Positions 52,835-61,719 of a stretch of DNA of 64,000 nucleotides are shown in pieces; position 1 is the first letter of the stretch; each line of letters opens with the position of its first letter. The stretch comes from a virus. Below the pieces are notes generated by a model that made no database searches, was not told where the DNA came from, and was given only the letters and a program-made list of their open reading frames with translations. The DNA lies in IMG/VR virus record IMGVR_UViG_3300045988_130750, positions 64,001 through 128,000 of that record. The stretch is one strand, 5' to 3'. The translations under genes were made by a program, and so were the position numbers.

Positions 52835-53205
52835 GTGATTACAGATATATGAGAGTTATTCGATGCAAAGTCGATTTGGATAAAATATCAGCATCTTCAT
52901 TATGGGACTTAGAAGATAAATTCACGGATTTATTTGATATGAATCTACCAAGATATTTTGAAAAAGCTGTTGTAGAGGACGATGAGTATTTAGATTATGT
53001 TCTTGAATCCAAAATTGACGACAATGGTGGCGACTGGGGAAAATCACGATACCTTACTGAGAATGAAGCAAATAAATTTTTGCCACTATTCAAGCAAATA
53101 CTCCCTGATATAAAGAAAGATAATCTAAGAGCAGTAGAATTTTGTTGGTATGATTGTAGTGAAGCTCCATTATATTATGATGTAGACGAAGAGGAGTGGT
53201 TATAA
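52831..53205 (+). CDS. hypothetical acidic protein
   Basis: 4-nt ATGA overlap with the upstream gene. Confidence 0.6.
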   Translation: MSDYRYMRVIRCKVDLDKISASSLWDLEDKFTDLFDMNLPRYFEKAVVEDDEYLDYVLESKIDDNGGDWGKSRYLTENEANKFLPLFKQILPDIKKDNLRAVEFCWYDCSEAPLYYDVDEEEWL

Positions 53206-53266
53206 AAGCCAATGAAAGACGGATTTCATGTCCGTCATTTATATGAAATGAAAGAGAGGTATAAAT

Positions 53267-53824
53267 ATGGTTTATGGAGTATTTGGTGGTTGTTATAGTG
53301 ACTGGTATATAGTCGGATATTTCACCAATCGTCAAGATGCGGATAAGTATTGCTGTTTATGTGGGGATGGTGACTATTATGTAAAACCATTAAAAGATTT
53401 AACTGATGAAAAAGATTTATCAAAAGTATCTTTAAAATATTGTCATGAAGTTTTATTTGATTGTAAAGATGATGAAAACAGATGGGTTATGAGAGAAGAA
53501 CCTGAAAGGTACAATTGCTATATTGATAAGGATTTAAGATGTAATAGCGTAAGGCAAGGAACACTATGTAGAAATAATTGGGTGTGCTTTAGTATAAATA
53601 TTGATCACGATGACAGAAAATTGGCAGAAAAAATTGCTCAAGACTATTTAGCTGAACTTCGTTCTTATGGAGATGGGAAAATTTATGAAAAGAATATTAA
53701 ATTGATGAATGATAAATTCGCAGCACCATTCAAGGAAAAAGAGAGAATAAGAAAAGAAGAAGAAATTAGACAAAAAGAACTTGCAGAATTAGAAAGATTA
53801 AAGGCTAAATACGAAACAAAATAA
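53267..53824 (+). CDS. hypothetical protein
   Basis: ATG follows AAGAGAGGTATAAAT. Preceded by the hairpin GACGGA-N7-TCCGTC (53218-53236). Confidence 0.6.
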   Translation: MVYGVFGGCYSDWYIVGYFTNRQDADKYCCLCGDGDYYVKPLKDLTDEKDLSKVSLKYCHEVLFDCKDDENRWVMREEPERYNCYIDKDLRCNSVRQGTLCRNNWVCFSINIDHDDRKLAEKIAQDYLAELRSYGDGKIYEKNIKLMNDKFAAPFKEKERIRKEEEIRQKELAELERLKAKYETK

Positions 53825-53859
53825 ACGACAGTTTCTTGTGAAAAGAAAGGAGATAAAAA

Positions 53860-54087
53860 ATGAGTTCAAACAGAAATAGTAGTAGTTCAGGTATTGGAAT
53901 TTGCGGAGTATTAACAATTGTATTTGTTGTGCTCAAATTAGTAGGCGTTATTAATTGGTCATGGTTATGGGTATTGTGTCCGTTATGGATTGATATTTTG
54001 CTTACAATTATTGTATTGGTGATTATCGCCATTATTGACAACAAGACAAGAAAGAAAACATGGAAGAGTGGGAGAATAAAATGGTAG
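53860..54087 (+). CDS. small membrane protein (2 predicted TM segments)
   Basis: GIGICGVLTIVFVVLKLVGVI and LWIDILLTIIVLVIIAII. SD is AAAGGAGATAAAAA. Confidence 0.6.
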   Translation: MSSNRNSSSSGIGICGVLTIVFVVLKLVGVINWSWLWVLCPLWIDILLTIIVLVIIAIIDNKTRKKTWKSGRIKW

Positions 54088-54260
54088 TAGATTTAAAAGA
54101 TTATCAGAAGGATTTTGTAGACGCTTTTAGAATGGAATTTTCTAAAGAAGATATTAAATGTAATCCAGAAGTAAAGAAACTCGCTAAATTTATTAATCGT
54201 CAAGGAAGGAAAATTGATAGAATTGATAAAATGCGAAGAAGCGTTTTAGGATATAAATAA
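54081..54260 (+). CDS. hypothetical basic protein
   Basis: ATG 54081 follows GGGAGAATAAA. Confidence 0.55.
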   Translation: MVVDLKDYQKDFVDAFRMEFSKEDIKCNPEVKKLAKFINRQGRKIDRIDKMRRSVLGYK

Positions 54261-54275
54261 GGAGAATAATATAAT

Positions 54276-54365
54276 ATGAAAATTTTAGTTTTAACAATTT
54301 TATTTATTTTGATGTTTTTCAGGATTAAAGGTACGCCAAGTTCATTAAGTAAAACGTTGTGGTGA
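54276..54365 (+). CDS. 29-aa hydrophobic peptide
   Basis: Not in the track. MKILVLTILFILMFFRIKGTPSSLSKTLW follows AAGGAGAATAATATAAT. Confidence 0.5.
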   Translation: MKILVLTILFILMFFRIKGTPSSLSKTLW

Positions 54366-54371
54366 AAGAGA

Positions 54372-54710
54372 ATGATTGAGCAGCTTGCAAAAAATAGAGA
54401 GAATAATAATGGAAAGCCATTGAGCGATGCAATGCAAGGAGCTTCAATATTGATTGCATTCTTTACGGGACTACTCTTAATCATCTTTTACATAATGTTA
54501 GGAAGCAAAATTGGAACAACTGAATTTATTGTAATGTCTGCTCTACAGGTATTTACTTGTTTATGGTCATTGGGTGTAAGCTTGTCAGAAGTAAAAACAG
54601 CCTTTAGTTACAATATTGAGGATTTTAAGTTCCACAGATTCCAATTGCTTTTTAATGTGGTGTTAGATTATATTTATTATCCGTGGGCGATTTACATGTT
54701 GTTGAAGTAA
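54372..54710 (+). CDS. membrane protein (about 3 TM segments)
   Basis: Hydrophobic stretches ASILIAFFTGLLLIIFYIML and FIVMSALQVFTCLWSLGV. Confidence 0.6.
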   Translation: MIEQLAKNRENNNGKPLSDAMQGASILIAFFTGLLLIIFYIMLGSKIGTTEFIVMSALQVFTCLWSLGVSLSEVKTAFSYNIEDFKFHRFQLLFNVVLDYIYYPWAIYMLLK

Positions 54711-54730
54711 CAAAAAAGGAGAAGAAAAAA

Positions 54731-55267
54731 ATGGACACAATTGTTGTAAATTTATTTGGCGAACCATCAGCAGGCAAGAGTACCTGTGCAATGGATATTA
54801 CAGCACAATTAAAAAGACACGGTATCAATGCTGAATATGTTTCAGAGTTTGCCAAGGATAAGGTATATGAAAATAATGGTGAAGTATTTAAACACCAGGA
54901 ATATTTATTTGGCAAACAATCATTCAAGATGGGACGTGTGAAAGATAAGGTACAAGTTATGATTGTTGACTCTCCTTTAATATTAAGTGCCGTATATAAC
55001 ACTGACGAAGTGTTGGGAGAAGACTTTAATAAGACTGTACTGAATGTATTTAATTCATATAATAATAGGAATTATCTACTCACAAGACACCATTCTTATG
55101 AGAACGAAGGAAGATTCCAGAATGAAGACGAAGCAAAAGAAGTGAGAAAAGAAATTATTGATAAGTTAAATCAATACAATATTAAATATGAAGAGATTGC
55201 TTCTACAGAATCAAATTGTGAATACATAGTAGAAGAAGTTATGGAGGAAATTAGAAATGAACAGTAA
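54731..55267 (+). CDS. P-loop kinase-like protein (AAA_28 / NadR-kinase-like)
   Basis: ATG 54731 follows AAAGGAGAAGAAAAAA. NLFGEPSAGKSTCA (Walker A), EYVSEFAKD and IVDSPL. Confidence 0.45.
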   Translation: MDTIVVNLFGEPSAGKSTCAMDITAQLKRHGINAEYVSEFAKDKVYENNGEVFKHQEYLFGKQSFKMGRVKDKVQVMIVDSPLILSAVYNTDEVLGEDFNKTVLNVFNSYNNRNYLLTRHHSYENEGRFQNEDEAKEVRKEIIDKLNQYNIKYEEIASTESNCEYIVEEVMEEIRNEQ

Positions 55268-55418
55268 AGGACATTTATTTATTAGTTTAGGGAAATCAGC
55301 AATCAGAGTAATTGGTGGAATTGTAACATTAGTGAATGGATCGATTATTCCACTAGCAGTAGGAATTATTGTTGCTGAAGTTGGTGGTGTGTTAGAAGAA
55401 TTGGTTGATGAGAGATAG
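55257..55418 (+). CDS. 53-aa membrane protein
   Basis: Not in the track. Overlaps the upstream stop. Contains IRVIGGIVTLVNGSIIPLAVGIIVAEVGGV. Confidence 0.5.
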   Translation: MNSKGHLFISLGKSAIRVIGGIVTLVNGSIIPLAVGIIVAEVGGVLEELVDER

Positions 55419-55460
55419 GTTAAGAAGAAACAGTTTCTTGCGAAGATTAGAGGTGATTAA

Positions 55461-55736
55461 GTGGTATTAATAAATGACAACTGGGAAGAAGTTAGAGATT
55501 TGGAAGATGTTTCTAAAATAATCAGAGAATATTTTAATGAAGATTTGGCTTATGAAATGGATAAGATGATTCCTGAACATACAGACGAAGAATATCGGGA
55601 TTTAGAATGGCAATTAGAGGAAAAAGATGGTGATATTACTTCATTAGAAGATGAAAATGATACTCTTAAAAATCGAATTGAGATTTTAGAAGATAAAATA
55701 GAAGAGTTGGAAGAAAAATTAGATAAATGTAAATAA
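55461..55736 (+). CDS. acidic coiled-coil protein
   Basis: GTG follows TAGAGGTGATTAA. TTTC box at 55435-55443. Confidence 0.6.
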   Translation: MVLINDNWEEVRDLEDVSKIIREYFNEDLAYEMDKMIPEHTDEEYRDLEWQLEEKDGDITSLEDENDTLKNRIEILEDKIEELEEKLDKCK

Positions 55737-55786
55737 CAAGAATCCATTATTTCTTATGAATAGATTAAAAAAATAGGAGAATTAAA

Positions 55787-56398
55787 ATGAAAACAGTTTT
55801 TAACTGGTTCGGTGATGATTGGAAGAGAGTAAAAAATCATTGTAGAACCACGGATAATAAAGATTTTACAGAGAATGAAGCAACAGACACTTTTAAAAAG
55901 AAGTTGCTTATATCTGAACATTCGCCAATTAGATTACTTGAATTTGATTGGTCGTGGAAAAGTATTTATTACTGGTTGAGTACGGAGTGGTCGAGACATA
56001 AATTTGAAAAATTTATTAGCTCACAAAGAGATGATAGATTGGTTGATGATACTCCACGAGGTAAGAAACCACAAGATGCATTGGTTAATTTTGATGGCTA
56101 TGCTAATATGCAAAACCTTATTGATAGTTGGAGAAAAAGATTGTGTGGCAATGCTACACCAGAAGTAGTTGAATTGGCAGAAGACTTCAAAATTGAATTA
56201 CATAAGACACATCCTTATGAATCAGATGTGTTAGTTCCTCATTGTATTTATCGTGCAGGTTGCCCTGAGTTTGGTTGTTGTGGAAAGATTACTGATTTTA
56301 TTAAATGGGCAAAGGATAATAATAAGGAAATTAATTGGCTTAATATTCAAAATAGATATGATTTATACAATGAATGGTTTTATGAAGTACACAAGTAA
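55787..56398 (+). CDS. divergent ThyX-like protein (tentative)
   Basis: SEHSPIRLLEFDWSW...WSRHKFEKFISSQRDD loosely parallels the ThyX pattern H.S.lEh..f.f...RHR..S....S.R. The Arg and Ser of the RHR..S motif are not conserved. Confidence 0.35.
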   Translation: MKTVFNWFGDDWKRVKNHCRTTDNKDFTENEATDTFKKKLLISEHSPIRLLEFDWSWKSIYYWLSTEWSRHKFEKFISSQRDDRLVDDTPRGKKPQDALVNFDGYANMQNLIDSWRKRLCGNATPEVVELAEDFKIELHKTHPYESDVLVPHCIYRAGCPEFGCCGKITDFIKWAKDNNKEINWLNIQNRYDLYNEWFYEVHK

Positions 56399-56416
56399 AT
56401 GTTCATTTCATAGGGG

Positions 56417-56638
56417 GTGATTAATATTAGAAATCCAAATAGATTATATGATTTTTACAACGAAGTAACCCGATTACACATGACATATATGCCTGATTGG
56501 AGAGCAGGTCAGTTTTGGATGAACTTTTTAGGTTGGGTACAGAATGAAAAGAAACGTGATCCGTTCTTCCCAGAAGAAAAAGAAATGCTTACATATTTAA
56601 AAGAATATTGTGGAGAAAAGGAGGATGTAGATGAATAA
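56417..56638 (+). CDS. hypothetical protein
   Basis: GTG abuts TAGGGGG, so the start is uncertain. Overlaps ligA by 8 nt. Confidence 0.55.
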   Translation: MINIRNPNRLYDFYNEVTRLHMTYMPDWRAGQFWMNFLGWVQNEKKRDPFFPEEKEMLTYLKEYCGEKEDVDE

Positions 56639-58592
56639 GTTAGAAAGAATGAAAGAGCTTATTAATATACTTAATAACGCCTCTAATGCATACTATAATC
56701 AAACTCCGATTATGTCAGATTACGAATGGGATAAGTTATACGATGAATTAGATTTACTTGAATATGTTACAGAAATAGTATTAGCAAATAGTCCAACACA
56801 TAATGTTGGTTATTCGGTTTCAGATGAATTAAAAGAAGTAGAGCACAATCATCCAATGCTTTCACTTGATAAAACAAAATCAATAGATGAGTTGATTGAA
56901 TTTATTGGGAATAAGGATTGTTTCTTATCTGTAAAAGCAGACGGTCTTACAACATCTCTTCATTATATTAATGGTAAGTTAATCGGTGCAGAAACTAGAG
57001 GCAATGGAGTGAGAGGTATTGAATGCCTTCAGAATGTATTAGTAATGAAGAACGTACCAAAGGAAATTCCATATAAGGATGAACTTATTATTGATGGCGA
57101 AACAATTATCGGATGGGACACTTTTAGAGAGATCAATGATAAATTACCAAAAGATAAGAAGTATAAACATCCGAGAAATCTTGTATCTGGTTCATTGCAG
57201 TTACTGGATAGCAAAGAAGCTGCAAGCAGAAATATGAGATTTGTTGCTTGGAGAGTTATTAAAGGTTTTGAACATAAAACTCCTAGTGAAGATTTATTCA
57301 AGGCTAAAGATATTGGATTTGAGATTATACCGATACTGAAATCACCTAGAATTAATCAAAAAGAAGAGTTAGCAATCTTATTAAATCAAATAAGAGAATC
57401 AGCAAACTCACATAATATTCCTTATGACGGAGCTGTTATGGCGATTGATGATTATAAAATTGCAGAGTCTATGGGAAGAACGGATAAATTCTTCCGACAT
57501 TCGATGGCATATAAATATGAAGATGAATTATTTGAAACAGTGCTTACAGATATTGAATGGAATACCTCTAAGACAGGCTTAATTAATCCTGTGGCAATCT
57601 TCAAGCCAGTTGACTTAAATGGAGCAATTACCACAAGAGCAACGCTTCACAACATTACATATATTAAAGATATGATGCTTGGTATTGGAGATAGAATTAG
57701 AGTTTATCGTTCAAATATGGTTATTCCTAAAGTACATGATAGCATTGATAAGAGTGGCAATTTTAATATTCCAGATAAATGTCTTATATGCGGTCAACCT
57801 ACAAGAATTATTAAAGAAAATGATTCAGAAGTTCTTATGTGCGAAAATCCAAATTGTAAAGGTAAACTTTTAGGTAGACTTGTTCATGCAGCAAGTCGAA
57901 ATGCATTGGACATAGAAAATCTTTCAGAATCTACAATAGAGAAATTCATCAATCTTGGTTGGTTAAATTCAATTCAGGATATTTATCATTTATCAGACCA
58001 CGAAAATGAGATGAAAACCTTGGATGGGTTTGGCAAAAGATCTATTGAAAAACTTCTTGGTTATATTGAAAAGTCTCGTAATACAAGTCTTGAACGTTTC
58101 CTTTATAGTTTATCAATTCCATTGCTCGGTAGGTCAACAAGTAAAATGATTTCTGAAGCAGTAGATCATGATTTCGATACATTTATTGATAAAATGACGA
58201 TTAAAGGCGCAGAATATTTTAGATATTTACCTGGCATTGGAGATACATTAATAGGCTCACTCAATGCTTATTGGAAAAATCACTATTCAGATATACTTCA
58301 GTTATCAGAAGAGTTTACATTTAAAAAATCCAATTTGATCTTAGATGAAACTCCAAAAACATTACAGAATAAAATATTTGTTGTAACTGGCTCAGTTAAC
58401 CATTATCCTAATCGGGATGCGTTGAAAGCTGATATTGAAGCCCATGGTGGCAAGGTTGTTGGAAGCATTTCTTCAAAGACTAATTATCTTATTAACAATG
58501 ATATTAATTCGACTTCATCTAAAAACACAAAAGCAAAATCTTTAAATATTCCTATCATTTCAGAAGAAGATTTCTTAGCAATGATTCACTAA
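56631..58592 (+). CDS. ligA: NAD-dependent DNA ligase
   Basis: SVKADGLT (KxDG), a Cys4 zinc finger CLICGQP...CENPNC, HhH repeats, and a C-terminal BRCT (FVVTGS...). Confidence 0.9.
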   Translation: MNKLERMKELINILNNASNAYYNQTPIMSDYEWDKLYDELDLLEYVTEIVLANSPTHNVGYSVSDELKEVEHNHPMLSLDKTKSIDELIEFIGNKDCFLSVKADGLTTSLHYINGKLIGAETRGNGVRGIECLQNVLVMKNVPKEIPYKDELIIDGETIIGWDTFREINDKLPKDKKYKHPRNLVSGSLQLLDSKEAASRNMRFVAWRVIKGFEHKTPSEDLFKAKDIGFEIIPILKSPRINQKEELAILLNQIRESANSHNIPYDGAVMAIDDYKIAESMGRTDKFFRHSMAYKYEDELFETVLTDIEWNTSKTGLINPVAIFKPVDLNGAITTRATLHNITYIKDMMLGIGDRIRVYRSNMVIPKVHDSIDKSGNFNIPDKCLICGQPTRIIKENDSEVLMCENPNCKGKLLGRLVHAASRNALDIENLSESTIEKFINLGWLNSIQDIYHLSDHENEMKTLDGFGKRSIEKLLGYIEKSRNTSLERFLYSLSIPLLGRSTSKMISEAVDHDFDTFIDKMTIKGAEYFRYLPGIGDTLIGSLNAYWKNHYSDILQLSEEFTFKKSNLILDETPKTLQNKIFVVTGSVNHYPNRDALKADIEAHGGKVVGSISSKTNYLINNDINSTSSKNTKAKSLNIPIISEEDFLAMIH

Positions 58593-58654
58593 ATAATCCC
58601 AATAAAAAAGAGAATATAAGTATGTAACATATTCATTAACTATAGGAGAAAATT

Positions 58655-59470
58655 ATGAAGAGAAAACAAATTCTAGCATTATTATTAATGCTTTCATTAA
58701 CTCAAGTCGCCCCTATTATGGGGCATGAAGTATTAGCAAAAGAAACCAATGAATCAGCAAGTGGTGTAAGTAGTACATTCGCACATAGCATAAAGAAACA
58801 TATGCAGGATGTAAAGCAAAATGAAAAAGATATTGTCACTGGATATACGACATGCAGTGTAAACATCAGAAGTGAGCCTGATATTAAAAGCGAAGTGGTG
58901 ATGATATTAAAATATGGTGACGAGATTAAATATATTAAAGATGATTATGTAACTGATGAATGCAATTACACATGGAATAAAATCATCTTTCAAGATAAAG
59001 AATTTTACATTTGTTCTGAATTCATTTCCCAAACACCTCCAAATTTTGTTTATTATGATGTTCCTTTAAATGGGATAAAGAGTTTTATGAGTTATAAAGC
59101 TATTACATCAAAATCCAGTCCACAATATAAACTACAAAATATTGCATATACAGGGAATTATGGTATTCGTCAAGTAAATGGGAGATATTGTATTGCCATT
59201 GGATCTTATTTTACAACAGATATTGGTCTATACATAGATTTGATTTTAGAAAATGGAGAAATTATCCCTTGTATTTTAGGAGATTGTAAGGACGATAAAC
59301 ATACTGACTCACAACACATTTTAACATATGATGGTTCATTAGCTGAATTTATTGTAGATACTGCATTTTTAAATAGAGATGCTAAATTACATGGCGATAT
59401 ATCAAAATGTGATGAATGGGATAGCACGATTATTGGTGTAAAAATATATGATGAAAAGGTGGAATTATGA
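58655..59470 (+). CDS. secreted SH3b-domain protein, possible cell-wall-binding or hydrolase protein
   Basis: Signal peptide MKRKQILALLLMLSLTQVAPI. SH3b-like GYTTCSVNIRSEPDIKSEVVMILKYGDEIKY. The C-terminal domain is unassigned. Confidence 0.5.
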   Translation: MKRKQILALLLMLSLTQVAPIMGHEVLAKETNESASGVSSTFAHSIKKHMQDVKQNEKDIVTGYTTCSVNIRSEPDIKSEVVMILKYGDEIKYIKDDYVTDECNYTWNKIIFQDKEFYICSEFISQTPPNFVYYDVPLNGIKSFMSYKAITSKSSPQYKLQNIAYTGNYGIRQVNGRYCIAIGSYFTTDIGLYIDLILENGEIIPCILGDCKDDKHTDSQHILTYDGSLAEFIVDTAFLNRDAKLHGDISKCDEWDSTIIGVKIYDEKVEL

Positions 59471-59724
59471 TTAAAGTAAAAGTCAAAATGAGAAATATAG
59501 AAGATGTTATGGATTTTACAAAGGATATGTCAAAAATGGCATCTGATGTTGATATTGTAAAAGATAAATATTGTTGTGATGCCAAGTCACTATTAAGTTT
59601 GTATTCAGTAAATCTTCGTGAACCATTTCAAATTGTTTTGAATAGTGATGATTTATCTGAAATAGCATTTTTCAAATCTATTTGTGAAAGATATGAGGTA
59701 AAAGATGATGAAAACTTTTCGTAA
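59467..59724 (+). CDS. small HPr-fold-like protein (tentative)
   Basis: DAKSLLSLYSVNL...IVLNSDD resembles the HPr motif aKSim.lmsL...i...G.De. No obvious His15 equivalent. Confidence 0.3.
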   Translation: MIKVKVKMRNIEDVMDFTKDMSKMASDVDIVKDKYCCDAKSLLSLYSVNLREPFQIVLNSDDLSEIAFFKSICERYEVKDDENFS

Positions 59725-60172
59725 TGTTAGTGTTTGGGGGTTCGACCATGCTTTAAGAATGGTTAAGAACAATAACCATACATATAAAAATGATAGCGGT
59801 ATTTGTAAAGGTGGAGCAGATGGGATTGGATGCAATAATTGTTTCTATAAAGGAGCATGTAATCACACATATGACAGTAGTTTTCAATTAGGAACATTGG
59901 ATATGTCATATATAAAAAATGATATTAAACATAGTGTTGAGTTTGGAACAAAGAAAAGTATTTTAAACTATGTATATATTTCTTTTGATGAAAGCATCAA
60001 GGATAAAGTATCTACTAAGGTTTATACATACAATCAAGTATTGCAATATATAGAATGTAATCCAAAGTCAGAAAGAACTATATTTTTTAAGACATTACCA
60101 TATGTAGAAGTATTATATGATTTTTATATTGGATATAAGTCATATTATAAAAATTGTCCAAAAAATTATTAG
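59705..60172 (+). CDS. hypothetical Cys-rich protein
   Basis: ORF overlapping the upstream gene by 20 nt. N-terminal MKTFRNVSVWG resembles MKTVFNWFG of 55787. Confidence 0.5.
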   Translation: MMKTFRNVSVWGFDHALRMVKNNNHTYKNDSGICKGGADGIGCNNCFYKGACNHTYDSSFQLGTLDMSYIKNDIKHSVEFGTKKSILNYVYISFDESIKDKVSTKVYTYNQVLQYIECNPKSERTIFFKTLPYVEVLYDFYIGYKSYYKNCPKNY

Positions 60173-60207
60173 TGACACAAAATAACCATTGAAAGGAGAA
60201 AACAGAA

Positions 60208-60756
60208 ATGTTAGCAATAATGGGAAAAGCTGCGTCAGGTAAAGATACAGTAAAAAATATTTTAGTAAAAGAACATGGGTTCAGTTCTATTATTACATAT
60301 ACAAATAGACCAATCAGACCTGGTGAAATACAAGATATTACATACCATTATATCACAGAAGATGAATTTTTAAAAAAAATAAAGGAAGGATTCTTCGCAG
60401 AATGGAAAAAATATAATGTTAATGGTGAGACATGGTACTATGGTTCAGCCAAGGAAGATTTTAAAAATGCAGATAAAAATACCGTAATTATACTTACGCC
60501 AGAAGGAATACGAGATATTAGAGAGAATGATATTGATATAACTGTATACTATTTGTATTCGGACTTAAAAACAATACAAAAACGTTTATCTGAACGCAAT
60601 GATATACATGATAAAGCAGAAAACAGAATTAAAAGAGACACAAAAGATTTTGAATTTGCTGAAATATTGGCAGATAAAATCATATCTAATAATTTAAATG
60701 ATAATCTTGATGATGTGATAAACACTATAATTTATATGTACGACAAGGAGGAATAG
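60208..60756 (+). CDS. guanylate-kinase-like nucleotide kinase
   Basis: MGKAASGKDT (P-loop) and TYTNRPIRPGEIQDITYHYITEDEF match the Gmk pattern TTR..R.gE..G.dY.F. Confidence 0.7.
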   Translation: MLAIMGKAASGKDTVKNILVKEHGFSSIITYTNRPIRPGEIQDITYHYITEDEFLKKIKEGFFAEWKKYNVNGETWYYGSAKEDFKNADKNTVIILTPEGIRDIRENDIDITVYYLYSDLKTIQKRLSERNDIHDKAENRIKRDTKDFEFAEILADKIISNNLNDNLDDVINTIIYMYDKEE

Positions 60757-60757
60757 A

Positions 60758-61177
60758 ATGGAAAGATTTCAAATTTATACTGCTGGTGCAACAAAAAATG
60801 TATCAAAAGATGAATCGCATAATTGGAGAAAAGCTACAAGAGATTGTTTGGAAAAGGTAGACGAAAAATATAATGTTAATGTATTTATTCCAGATGAATC
60901 TTTTAATTATGACACTTTATTACCAAAAACAGAAAGACAATGTATGAATTACTTTTTATATAAAGTAAGTGAAAGTAATTTATTACTCGTAAACTTAAAT
61001 AATTCAAGTTTATCAGTTGGAACAGGCATGGAAGTGCAAAAAGCGATTGATACCGGAATACCAATTATCGGATTTGGTACAGAAAATGTCTATCCATGGA
61101 TAAATGAACATTGTGATATTGTCTTTGAAGATAAATATGATGCCCTGTTATATATTAAAGAATATTATTTATTGTAG
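60758..61177 (+). CDS. nucleoside 2-deoxyribosyltransferase-family protein
   Basis: FQIYTAGA near the N-terminus. LLLVNLNNSSLSVGTGMEVQKAIDTGIPIIGF matches the GT..E.G.A...g.P family core. Confidence 0.6.
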   Translation: MERFQIYTAGATKNVSKDESHNWRKATRDCLEKVDEKYNVNVFIPDESFNYDTLLPKTERQCMNYFLYKVSESNLLLVNLNNSSLSVGTGMEVQKAIDTGIPIIGFGTENVYPWINEHCDIVFEDKYDALLYIKEYYLL

Positions 61178-61196
61178 TGAGAGGTGATTTGATTCA

Positions 61197-61397
61197 GTGA
61201 TTTATAGAACATTAACATGCCATGGACTTGCTAAGGAATTACTATCAAAACAAGATAGTTTTCTCACAGTAACAATAAATGATAGAGAATATAGTATTAG
61301 AAACACTAAAAAAGTAAAAACACATGCTAATTTAGATGATAGTGTTACACATACAACATTAGTATGTGATGAATTAAATGGAAATATCGTGAGGTAA
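61197..61397 (+). CDS. hypothetical protein
   Basis: GTG lies 9 nt after GAGAGGTGA. Confidence 0.5.
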   Translation: MIYRTLTCHGLAKELLSKQDSFLTVTINDREYSIRNTKKVKTHANLDDSVTHTTLVCDELNGNIVR

Positions 61398-61405
61398 TAT
61401 AAGAG

Positions 61406-61549
61406 ATGCTAAGTAAAGAAGAAAGAAAAATGATTATTGAACTAATATGCAACGAACAAACACACATGATTATCAAAGATCATACCAAATACGACTCTGA
61501 TAAATATAAGAAACTAGAGGTATTGAAAATAAAAATTAAGGATATGTAG
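61406..61549 (+). CDS. hypothetical small protein (47 aa)
   Basis: Not in the track. ATG follows GTGAGGTAATATAAGAG. Confidence 0.45.
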   Translation: MLSKEERKMIIELICNEQTHMIIKDHTKYDSDKYKKLEVLKIKIKDM

Positions 61550-61557
61550 GTGAATAT

Positions 61558-61719
61558 ATGTCAGATATCACAATGTGTAGTAGTGAACATTGTCCTATGA
61601 AAGATAAGTGTTATAGAGCATCAGCAAAGCCAAACAAGTTTGCACAAAGTTGGTCAAATTTTGAGTATACTTGTAACGATAATGGCGGATTTAATAAATA
61701 TATTTCACAAAAACATTAA
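61558..61719 (+). CDS. small Cys-rich protein (53 aa)
   Basis: Not in the track. ATG follows GTAGGTGAATAT. Contains MCSSEHCPMKDKCYR. Confidence 0.5.
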   Translation: MSDITMCSSEHCPMKDKCYRASAKPNKFAQSWSNFEYTCNDNGGFNKYISQKH

